The position numbers and the translations under genes were made by a program. 64,000 nucleotides of DNA. Origin: Balanoglossus misakiensis. Its lineage: Eukaryota > Animalia > Hemichordata. Position 1 is the first letter of the stretch. Each line of letters begins with the position of its first letter. The notes under the pieces are model-generated. The model ran no database searches and had not been told where the DNA came from. It saw only the letters and a list, made by a program, of their open reading frames with translations. Shown piece by piece: positions 1-12,900 of this stretch. The stretch covers positions 16,539,028 through 16,603,027 of the forward strand of contig CM082576.2 of NCBI GenBank assembly GCA_040954595.2. The letters are read 5' to 3'.

Positions 1-948
1 CGAGTTTGGAGGTTAAAGCCCTTATAGCTGCCAAACTTCACATATTTTTTGCCACAGTAAAATACTTCAAATTGATTCCCTATCCTCTAAAATCCTCACC
101 ATTATGCCATATTACTTGCATTTGCATCAGTTTGTCATCTCTTGGCGACGGATATCACGATAGCTGTGACTGTTTGTATAGAGGCTGATTAAATCAGTAT
201 GGCACCTGTTTAATACATAGCGTATTCAAATTGCACATACAGCCACAATCGGGCATCGATAAGGTGTTCATGTATCAGTAAGCTTATTTAGATGGGCCAA
301 TTTAAGTTGTAAAATAAAATCATGAAAATAAGGCAAATAGTGGCAGTTCTAGAGGCTTTAATACTACTCAGAGTGGCAGCACTCGGGCCGTAACATTTCC
401 TGCATTCTGGACCCATATGTGAATTGGATATTGAAATGCATCATCCATAAAGTAGCTTTCCAGTTGTATGACATTCAGAAAATTAGTTACCCGATGCATT
501 TTCAACCCTACAGAATAAGTAAGAGTACAATTCTATGTCAAACTTTTAGAAGTCCATTGCCTATTTCTATCAGATTTCCTTCGTAGAAAATCACAATTTG
601 CATTTAAGGGTCAAAGTCTCGGTTTTTGATATTTCTGTGATATCAAGAAATCAGGGATACTTGCATAATGCCATTCGCTGTGCAATGTAATGTCACTGCA
701 TAACCTAAAAAAGAGTCAGAAATCACCCCTTTTTTGTATAAAAATGGTATATCTAGAAGAAATGAACTACTTGTCTCAAAGTCTGTTTTTTTGACAAATA
801 AGCTATAGTACACGCATAGCAGATATTGAGTACAGTTCAGCATGCTTCAAGTAGTCAAACAACTGGAACAACATTTCATATCGAACAAATTTCATGAAAA
901 AAAACACTCAAAAAAGAGAGACTGTTGTACATGTTGTTTGTTGGTTAG

Positions 949-3900
949 GTGAAACCAAGAAGCAAATAATCCTCTGTCACCGAGTGTTGAGAACAGTACA
1001 GACAGTGGCGAAAGAGAGTGATCGGATGTCTAGACAAACCTGGGAGGTACTTCTACAATTTCTGTTGTCTATCAACGACAAGATATTGGCACCACCCACA
1101 GAACCAGGTAAGTTACATAGTTGTCTATACTTCTCTTCAATATATCCTTTGTTTGTCAGTGTACCAGATTCATTGCGTTGACTCACTCACTCTCACAGAA
1201 CAAGAAACTAGTTGTTGCACAGGCGAAAGTACTGGATAAGAATCATTAAAAATTCTTAATATCGAAGGGGGAATGAATAAAAGTGAGACAGTTAAACTGT
1301 TATTATAAAGCTGTATGTATATTTCAAACATAAGAAGAACATTTAATAAAAAGATAATATGGGAACGTCTTAAATGGTTGAAGTGCTATAACAATTATCA
1401 TGGTACATGTATATTAGATGACATTGTAAAAAAAGTTTATTAAAATAATGTCAAATGTACTGGTACACTTACATTTGCCTGACCTTGACTTTCACTTCTA
1501 CAGATGGCTTAGCACAGCAGCTTTGTGACAGACTTGTAAGCGTACTCTTTGAGATCTGGTTGTTGGCATGTGCCAGGTGCTTCCCGTCTCCGCCACTGTG
1601 GAAAACCCTGAGAGATATGTGTAGTACTTGGAGACATCATGTTTCATTGGTCGATCAGTGGAACAGAGTGAACAAGGTGCTGACATCAAGGATGCTCAAG
1701 TTTCTGCATGGTCCAAATTTTCCAGAATTGAAAGTGGGTAAGTATTCGTAGAATCAGTCGTGCATGTCATTGCTTTTGGCCAGTCCCTCAGCTATGTAAT
1801 TTAGGATAGAAAACCCAATCTTTCTTTTTAAGTGGGACTGGAAGATAGTATATCCATCGATGTAAAAAGTATGGGCCGCTCTGAAAGGTCTGGAGTCTGG
1901 GAAGAAAACTGTGGGGTTCACATGATTCCTGGAATTATTGATGAATTTTAATTTACACTACTTGTATAAAATACAGGAGGCAGGATATCCTCAGCAGCTA
2001 AACTTATTAATAACTTATTACGTGGATAAATGATACATTTACCTCAGAATTGTTTTTAACTATTTATTCATGCGATAAATTTGGCCATTGCAAAGTGCAA
2101 GTAATGTTAAATGTTTTACCCCAAAATGATTTAAAGACTCTATCAGGGGTATTTAAATAGAGAATGTAATCCAAGAGAAGGGTTTCTGACCTTGACAATT
2201 TGAATGCATGTATAATGTGATGCCATGTTCTGCAGTGACATCAGGTCAGATGGCAAATTTTCCCAAATAAACACAAATTAACAATGAGTTTTTATTTGTC
2301 CTATATCAGTCTAGCCTATTTTACATGTAAGCTCTCTCATTTTCTTTCTCTTTTATGTCCGTTATAACCTTAACATGACTGATGTAATTTTGTCTGCAGC
2401 TGATGAGGATAACAGTATTGTTCCGGCAGAGATGGAGAATGACGCCATTGCTCAGAGTTGGTTTCGCTTTCTTCACATAATGAGCAATCCAGTAGACCTG
2501 TCCAGACCAATAGCGATCAGCAACACACCAAAGTTTCTGCACATGGCCCTAACCAGCGAAGATGTTATCGACCCACACCAGCATCCCTGTCTGCATCTAC
2601 TGCCACACATCTATTTGAAAGCCATGCGAGGCATATCTGTGTTAGTGGATGCCTTTCTTGGTAAGTTTTACTCCACTGTTTGTGAAATCCAATCATTCCG
2701 TTATTTGCCTGTTTGTGCCATTCATGCAAAGAGAAGCCTGCGTTGTTGTGATTTCTGCGTGAATGTATGTATATTAATGTCCCTGAGTCCAGCCACTGAG
2801 ATTTGCATTATCTGTTTTGCAGTCTTGTTTTTCTACATTTTAATCCTTAAAGCCCCATTTGCTATTTTTTATTAATAAAATAATTCAGTCTTCTCTTTAT
2901 TCTTAGTAAAAAAAATCGCACTATAAATTGAATATTATGGAGACTTTTATACCCTGTTGTACATACCACTATAGTTATGTACTCTTGCAATGGGCAGTTG
3001 AATAAATAGGTGCAGCACCCATACATTATTTAACTTGTTCATATTTAAATGTACAAATGTACGTCCAGAATCACAAGTTAATTATATGACAGAACCCCAT
3101 GGCTCGATCATGCAAGCACGGCGAACCAGGAGTGTTTGCATGAGTGACTGGCGGTGTATTCTTGCGCCAGTCCCCTGCACGAGTGACAGCAATAGCACAG
3201 AAGTAATCAGCATGTGTCTCTCACCTGTGATATTTAGTGAGTTGTATCCCATCTCCTGCACAGGTATCCAACGTCAAGAGCCTGAAGTAATAATCCATAC
3301 AGACAAATCAAACAGAATGTCAGTTCCCGTGATGCCACCCCCGGGCCAATCGGGACTGACGCCAACCCCGACTCAAACCCGGAAACTTGCCAAGAGCTTC
3401 AGCGTAGCAACCGGAAGCAGCAGCAGCAGCAAAGGAGGCAGAGAGAAAACACTGGCAACACCTCGCCAAGTGTTGACGCCCACCTCGCCCCTCAGCGGTG
3501 GCACCAGTCCCAGTCACCACCACCAGCAGCCAGTCGCAGACAGGCCATCACCAGTGCCCAAACGACCGCAATGCAACAGCGTCTTGCACCTCTTCGGATC
3601 CTGGCTCTTCGAGGCAGCGCTTACAGGTTGTAAGTTAAATGTGGCCATGACCAGCCGTAAATATGTGTGCCGCTTTCATGTCCGACCTCCTGCTGGTAAT
3701 GGTGTTGGTGTTGGTGGTGTAGGTCTCCCCATGTCTAGTACGTTCCTTCTGCCTGGTAAAACAGTAAGCCATGACAAATACGCCAGTACTGCTAAGCCCA
3801 ATCATAGTGGTGGGTACCACTCTCTTCTTATTTCTCTTTATTTTCAAACTTGTACTGGCTCAGTGACATTTGAGTTAATAAGTAACATTACAAGTGCATC

Positions 3901-6900
3901 TACCACCCTGTGGTAGACATCTATCATTTTGAACTTGGTATGACATATTGTCAAACTAAACTTTCCTTCTGAACTGTGTCGGAGTCAAAAAATAACTTGG
4001 CGAAATGTCGCCATATTCTTTGGACAGTGGTGCATTGTAGACTTACGTTTGATAGCATTTTGCAGTGAGAGTCTTTGAAAAGATGTCAAATGCGGTAGAT
4101 CTAGACTTCTGTTGTTAAGGAATAAAAAATCAAAACCGAAATTCAACATATTATTGTGATAAAGTCTAACCATAGTAAAATTTTAATGTCTGCGAGTCTC
4201 GACCTTTGAACCTCATTTGATTAATGTGGCAAAAATGCTCATTTTTATTTGCTCTGGCTGAGACATCAAGTTAAATCAATTAATCCTGAAAAATTAACTT
4301 TAAGTTTGATGTCTCATTTGGTCACCTTTGTTGATTTTATGTAACATGATGGATCTCAATATGCTTTAAACCTTGCCTTAAAATTACTTTACATATATTC
4401 ATAGTGGCCATGTTCCAAATGTATAGGCAGACTTTTTGTGGAATGTTGCATATAAGTGAATGCTTGGCTGACTGGTGGCTAGTGTATCTCCTGAGGCATA
4501 TCACAGTCACTCTATAAGTACGGTGGCTGAAAAACAGAGCATATTTCTTTCTTACACCTGGTAATTACCTTACCTTGAATGATATCGATTATTGGACCTT
4601 ATTTGATGCCTTATGTTGGCAGGGTGTTTGATCATCATATCTTTTCAGTTAAGAACTTGAAGTGTGGTTCTTATGTGATCGTTTAATTAATGAAATGATT
4701 CAAATTTTCATTGAGCCAGTACAACTTTGTTACTTATTTTAATGATATATTTTCATTTTGTATTTATACATATATGTCCATAAAACACTTATGTTTTCCC
4801 TGGTGGCTTAAAAATGAATCTCTTGACTAATGGCCCTTCATTTCACATAATGCATCCCCAGATGAACCAATTATCTAAATTGCAGTTTCTTCTAGCATGA
4901 ATGATAACTTTCAAAAATGAGAATGTCCACTCTAGGCATACTTACTTTAAGGTGATGATGATGCATGTTACCTATACAACTTTCTCACTGACTATACTTG
5001 TTCATTTTCAGTAAGCTGAGTGTCTCAACTTTAGCACAGTGTGTAGATAAGTTAATATTACATTGTACCGTGTCCCAATAATGGCCATTTTTGTTAATTA
5101 CCCTAGTGACACAGGAATAAAAACAAAAGAAATTCATAGGCCTGAAGGTTGGGGTACCTAGTTTATTTTTTTTAATTTTTTTATTTAAATCCGATTTTGA
5201 ATGTACTAAAATATATTTATACATTCCCCTTGAAAGTTGTGTTTGGTTCTTGACAGTTCAACAGCTCTGACCTGTTGCTGATTTTTCAAGTACTTTCCTG
5301 TGAATTTTGGACTTGTGTTACTTTGTTACCACTGCCCCGGGTGATAGTTATAATGCTGATTGTCATTTCTAACCAAACCCTTTCTTTTCCAATACTTCTT
5401 AGCCAAGACCCGAAAAAGTACTAATGTTGATATCCTCTTATTTATAAGAAGAGCTTACGCGAGGAAAAACTTGTATTGCATACTCCCATTCTTTATTCAT
5501 TGAACGTGCTTCAAAATGACAATGTTATAAAATGGATTCACATTGGGCTAGGCTATTCAGTTGATGTTTGTTTGTCGGCATAACAAACACTTGTTTAGTG
5601 TAAAAATTCTATAGCTAACTGCTGACATAATAAAGTCATTGCAGTCTATAATAAAAAAGTTGTGTTGCCCAGTGGATGTGGTAGGTCCCCTTTTAACTCA
5701 AAGTTCATAACACCCATAGAAATTTAACTCCAAACCTGGCTTTATTCTTGGCTTGCTGTTCTGTCACAGTGTGTTCAGTAACTGTTACAGCTTTGCCATT
5801 GTATTCCAGTTTCTCTACCCCTTTTTCTCCTGCAACCCTCCCCCCCCCCCCAAATAACTACAATTTGCACTTCCTCCCCTCAACACCATGTCTCTTTGTG
5901 CCCCTTTAAAGGTATATGGTCACCTAATGCAAATTTAGCTACAGTTACCAATGGCAAATTGAGATATAGCCAATCACCGATTTTCAGGGGGTGGCACACA
6001 TGAAAAAAAGAGCGCCACCATTTGTTCTTTAGAATTCTCAGATATGCTATTTTTGCCATTTATGGACATATGTAAATTGCAGGTGACCATGTACATGTAC
6101 CTACATGTATACCCACTCTACAGTCATTTCCAACGCATCCTTTATCACTTCTCTCCCCAAACCCATCTTTTCCAGTCATCCTATTCTGATCTGTACTTCT
6201 CCCTCCCTGTAAATAATTGCACTCACGAAAATGTCCACTCTGTGTGGTGTTGCATGGTTGATTTTCCAGGCATGTGTCCTCCTTCACCTAACAGTTTGTA
6301 AGTACCTTAGATGTATTAAACTTAATACTTTAATATTATTAGATGTTAGTTGTTACATTCAACATAACTATTCTCTATTTCGACTGATCATATTCTATAT
6401 CATGATTTAATCGTTTGTTAGTCCCAATGGACAATGTCTGGGACTGAGAGATTAGGCTCTGTGGGTGTGTCAATCTATGCACCTGTCCGAGCATCCATCC
6501 GTCCATTCATCAATCCAATATGCATGCAATGAGTTTAAAATATTAAAAGTTCCTTATAACTATTTTGTAATCAACCTCAAAGTAGGAATTTAAGATGCAG
6601 TGGAAACACGATTTATTGGAAAGTGAATCTTAAGTCAATATAAATGTTTTATGGTGTTGCTCAATCAAAAGTTATTCACACATGAACTCAAATTCACAAA
6701 GTACCTTGTCATTTAAACACAAGAAATCTGTCATTACAAATTCATATTTTCACATGTTCCAACCCATGACTTATGTGTTGAATCCTTCTTTTCCCCGTTT
6801 TATTATTCCGTTCTCCCCTTTCTCTGTTTTGTTCCACTCTCTATTCTCTCACTTCTAGGTTTGCCCGCTCGTAGGTTCAGCATTGGCAATGAGTCACGAC

Positions 6901-9900
6901 GAAGTGCCAGTTTCACCACAGACATCCGGCGTATGTCGGTGCAACCCGATGGCTCCACGCCGATGTTGGCCCCTAATCCACTCTTCGATGTTTCAGATTC
7001 GGTTGAAGGCTACGAATCAGGTCGTGCAGAGGCGTGTGGCACCCTGTCCAGAGTGTTCTGTAGCCAGAAGTCGTCTGAAGAAATTCTGCCAGATTATTTA
7101 GCCAGGTTTTACTCCACTTTGATTGAAGGACTGAGGAATGATGAGGTTTGTACTCAATATTTGTGCCATCAGTGTTATATGACAGTGTGTAATATATTTG
7201 AGAAAGGTAAATGAATGGGACAAATTGTCAGCTGTATTTACGGCAAAATGCACTTTAGCTCAATATACACTCATTGTCATACCAATCATGTGATGTATGT
7301 ATGTTTGCATGTATGCATTTTTGTTTTCAATTGTTTTGGAATTTCTTTTATCCAGTTTAGTTTTGTCATAGCAAATAAATCTTAAAGTCAATAGAATAGG
7401 GGATAATTCACTGGTCAGAAAGTAGTCCCGGCATAAAAATCAATCTAGAAGATTTTTTTTAAAAAACCGACACACTTTTATGACTGATAGTCAGGACAGC
7501 TTACATTTATGCAAATTTGAGTCAGATATCTCAAAGCGTAACTAAAAGCTATTGAGAAAACTGGTTTGTAGAAGGTTATTTAAATTGGGGATTCTGAGCT
7601 CAATAATTACCAGAGAAATGTTGATTTCAAAGAGTGAATTTCTTGTTCTTGTACCTTAAAGGTATATGGTTACCTATGCAAATTAAATTACAGTTACCAT
7701 GGCAAATTGAGATCTAGCCAATCACAGATTTTCAGTGGGTGGCACACGCGAAAAAAAAGAGCGCCATCATATGTTCTTTAGAACGCCCAAATACGCCATT
7801 TCAGCCATATATGGGAATATGTAAATTAGAGGTGACCGTATACCATTAACCTTGAAAATAAATGTATGAAATTATAATATGAAAAGATATGAAATTGTTG
7901 CTTTGCTTTCCCTTGACAGCACATGAGTGGACAAGTACTGTCCAGCATCATTGTGAACTCAGCTGACCTGTTGAGAATCGATTTGAAAGGTGTGCAGGTT
8001 CTAGTTCCTGAAATGATCGCCGCCCTAGAGATGGTACTGCCAGAAAGAGATTTGAAATTCAGGTATTGTCATTTTATTTTGTGGTATTCACTAAAGGCAA
8101 TGTGATATGACCACATTTGGGCCATCCCAAGCAGAAAGGGGGTCTTATGGTCATAAGTATTGCGCTCCCATAAGACCCCTTTCTGCTTTGGATGGCCCAT
8201 TTGTTGTTACTATCATCAGATATATCCATATAATTGTGTGTGTTAGATGACCCAGGTCTAACACTACTGAGAGTAAGTAAGCATGAAATATGCAAAAGAA
8301 AATGTTTTAATTTAGCATTTTAGACATAAGTATTAAATAAAGGTCCTCATGACATAAATAGTTTTTAAGATGTAAAATTATAACCTAGTGAAAATGGGGG
8401 GAAATGTGTTTTTAGTTCAGTTTTCATGTCTGTAGTGTATTGGTTCTGCAGTGGCCTGAAATGTGAGTCTTTCACAGTTCAGTATGCTGATAAATTGGTT
8501 TCATGGATTATGATTACCAGAAACCTCTGGTGTATATCAATGCAGTCATGCTATAGATTAGAATAAATGGTCATCTGCCCTTATATTTGTATTCTGTTGC
8601 ACATCATCATTCATGTACATTTACAAATATGTTCATGTCATCAAGTATTTATCAGAACTTGTTTTGTGGTATGCTCCAATGCAGTAGATTTATGGTAAAG
8701 TTCATGTAAGTATAATTATTTTGTGTATTGTAATAGATTGACATATCATTGATAGATAATTTGGTTTTTTCATTTATCAGGACACAAGTTCCATTACAGC
8801 AACTTAGAAGGGCTTCAATTCATCTATTGTTGTCTATGGTGTGCTTACCAAACCATTTCAAGTCACTAACAATACAAGGTGAGCTATGAGTAATACAACC
8901 AAAGTATCCTAATTCAAGGCAATGTTGGGAATATCATGAATATGGAAATTACAAATTGTGAAATTGTATAATGATTAGCACAATGAAGATTGCACTATGA
9001 GTGATATTATAGATGTCCATTCATCTATGTGCCCCAAACTTCACAAAAGAACCGAAACATTTAAATGTTAATTTTAAACTTCTGCAGACAAATTTCTTTC
9101 TTAAGTTACATACTGCTAGATGGTCGATAATTCAGAGCATCAAGGTCCATTTCTTAGACTTATTCCAAACATAACACAAGGATACCATACCATGGCAAAT
9201 GTGTTTTTTTTTCAATATTCTGCTGATCAATTCAATATGGCTACCAGCTGGTTATTTTAATCTAGGGGCATAAGAAACCAAGATGAACTTAATTTTCACA
9301 TTGCTTTGTGTTTAACAGATTTATTGACTGGAAAAGATATGCTGTACAGTGTCCCAGGTGAACCCCCTAAGCTGGTAACTTTCCATTCACTCAAGCTTCG
9401 TCTTGTCAACTTGATGATTAGTGCACTACAGTGTGAAACAGATTCTACAAATACACAAATGTTACTTGGTGAGTCCATTCTAGATGAGAACTAATGAATG
9501 TTTTTGTTTGTCTTATTTTATTTTTTTAGAACCTGTCTTCTTTGAAATACATCGTAACTTTTCTGCGAATTTTCTTCAATATCTCCCTAGATAATCATGA
9601 GGGTTGATGTAATAGGGTTGTAGATTGTGTTTTCTGTCCTAACCTAGTTTTATGGTCTTGCAAAGGTCACATCTCTTGCACAAAAATGAAATCTTATATA
9701 CCAGTGCCACAGTTCTAAGTGCCCTGGACCCTTATGCACTAATGGGGTGAATAGAGTACTTTTTAACAATTATCAAATATCTTGTGACATAATGATTGAT
9801 GATTTATGTACAACAGGTGGTATGTTAGTGTGTGTGCAAGATTCAGCACTCTGTGAAGATATAGAACAACAACAAGTCCAGCAATTGCAGGAAGAAACCA

Positions 9901-12900
9901 GTGAAAGGTAAAGGCAAATCAACCTCTTCTTTTCATCAAGTCATACATTGCATGTGGCTAGTTTTCATGAGATTGCCTTCTATGGCCTAATATATATACT
10001 ATACAGACACTGCCAGATTGTGGTGAGCTGGAACTTTACTCGGAAATTATTTGAGAGGCCATGCATTTTGCCGTCCTTGGTTCAACGAGTTATTTTGTCT
10101 TTTTTGCTTAGAAAAGTATAAGCCCCATTTACTCCAGACCTGTGATATCCTGTATAGTGATATTTATCACTCCAAACAATATTATATACTGTAAAACGGG
10201 AAATTTTCACGACAGGAAATTCCCGCTATATCAACAGAAGCAACTATTCTGCAACAATTATTTTTGCATTCTCTATATCTCTGAATAACATTCTTTTGTA
10301 CATATTGTTTTCTCCTGTCTGTCGATAATCACGTTTCGGGGGCCTCTTGCAAAGTTCACGAAAAATTTATCGTTCACGAAAATTTCCCGTTTTACAGTAC
10401 GTTGTCATGCACCCTTCATTCTTGCCTGGCACCTTCCTTGGGTGGTGTACTGTACATCTGGCTGTGCAACCTTCCTGAGTTGCCTATGAAACATCTTCCT
10501 GGCACTCAGACTGGATTCACCGTGATACATCCATGGACCTGTGCCCTTCCTGGTCATGCTCCTGTTGTATGATACCAGTACATCTCACCATGCGCCCTCC
10601 CATACATCTCGCTTGCACCATCCCGGGGTTCCTTGCAATGGATTTTACCATGCACCCTTCTATAGTAACAAGTATTCTTTGATTTCTCTCCTAGGGTTAG
10701 TTTAAGCTCATTTGATAGTGGTGCCAGTACAGTGTCTGTCGGAATCCATGCACCACCCAGTTTAGGTGAGTACATTCTTCAGACCTTTAATATAAACAGA
10801 CACTACAATTTGATTGCAAAACCTTACAACATGTTTACCTTTAAAAATAAATGATGTTTCACAAGTCATAGTTAACTTGTTTGCCCAACAAGGCTTGGGC
10901 AGTGCCAATGATAAGTAACAGTTAGGTTTTCACAAAGAATATAAGTTATATTAAGAACAATTGTCATAAATATATTTCTTTTTAACATGCAAGTCATTCA
11001 TAGTGTATTGAAAATGGCAAAAGTGATTAATATGCAGAATACTCCTAGCGAAATTTGATTTTCCAAAAGTAGATGATTACTGAACTGTTCAATGCAGGAA
11101 CAATGAAGGTGTTCTCTTCCAAGTGCATTTACCTAATGTTTGTCACTCTAAACAGTAAAAAATATGATCACCTGAATTACAAAGTATTCCATAGAATCTG
11201 GAAATCATATACTGGTGCAGTTGTATGTTGTAAACATTTGTTCTATTGAAATTCAAAGCAGAATTTTTCAAAGCAGGGCTAATCAAACTGCATGTTAATC
11301 ATTGAGTGCTTTGTTATGATGAGAGAGAAAAATGAAGTAGAAATTGGGGAAATGAGAAACATAGGGAATTTTGTGAGGAAGGTGACAGATTAAGTAATGG
11401 TATCAAAGTGGATATTGATAGTGTCTGTATGCGTACTTATTCCTAAGCTAGTGTTTTGTTAGGCATGGCCTTATTGACTCCAAACAGGAGATCCTTAGGT
11501 TGAATAGGTATTGGGTTTACTAGTAGTCTTATTAAATGTACCAGCACTGGGGTTAGTAAATAAATTGCCATTTGTGTGTGGATCAGTAATCTCATCTCTA
11601 CGTTGATCCATTAAAAATAAACTTAAATTTTACAGCGTTTGAAGACAGAATTTATTGAACCGATTTATGTAGCGAGGAAGTCACTGCATATAACCACTTA
11701 GCCATTTATTCACTCTTTTTTGTAAAGCATCTAAAGTGTAAGGCCAGTGTTGGTACTACATGTAGTCACTTTTCACTTTTCTTTCCTTGCAAAATTTCCA
11801 CATGAAAGAAAACGCAAACATACAATGTAGGTCAAATAATATCAGAAAGCTTCTCTGTTGAATGACTTCGCCGATTTCAGACACTTGCACCTATCCAATG
11901 CCACTGGCAATGACATGTATAGGAAATTTGAATGTACTCCACATTCATATCATGTACATATTATAATTTGTATATGTGTTGTTAGTTATTATGCTTTTGT
12001 TGTGAAATGGTTGAGGTGATATGTTCCAACTGCCCACATATTTCCATGGCTTTGCCCTGCTGTTTTCTTCATTAAGCAGACAGCTCAGGTAGACCGCGCA
12101 GTAACTGTGCCTCTGAGAATACCACGGTTGATAATGAAAACCCAAGCACAATAAAGGCTATGCATACGCTTAAAGAGTTTGGTGAGTGGAAATGTACATC
12201 ATGTAGCTGCATGACTATGTCTAATTGCTGATGCTGCATTTCACAATTTGGGGAGCCATTTATGTCACACAGGTATATACCCTTCATGTTTTTGTGTGTC
12301 ATCTAATCACAATGGACATCAAGGTCATGTTCAGTTTTCAGGTTCCATTTAAGCAGTCCAATGCTTCATGCACATTATGGTCATGTGACTATCCAAACCT
12401 GCATGTACATTTCAGTTAGTCAGCCAATCAGTTTCATTTATATAATTAGATCTAATTTTTGTGCTAATCAGTTTAGTCTGTTGGACCAATATTCAACGGA
12501 CTTATGTGGAACACTAAATATGCATGTACTGTATGCCGTAGGCTGTATGTTGTTTGCTGTAGACAGTCCAGCAATTTATATTAAACATGGGGCCCAGGGG
12601 AACCAAAGTCTTTTGGGCAAATATGTATGGTGATTTGTTTTAGTGGCTAAAAGCAGTTAAAACTATTTATTTGAAATGAAAGTGAGAAAAAATGTGTTTA
12701 CCGGTATATGCTGTGAGGGATTTACAGTGGTTTGGGAGATAGGCAAAAGGCTCCCTAATGAAATTTCATCATTATTTTCCAGTTGTACATTTAGTAAACT
12801 CTCCAAACAACAAGCAATAGTGGAAGCCCCCACATGATAGTATTAATGACTGTAGTACTTCAAATATGTCAACCACAACCAAGAGAACTGTGTGGATGGC

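Noticed and set aside
11881-11916. Possible 36-nt in-frame RALGAPB exon
   Set aside because: Weak pyrimidine tract and donor, no recognisable homology.
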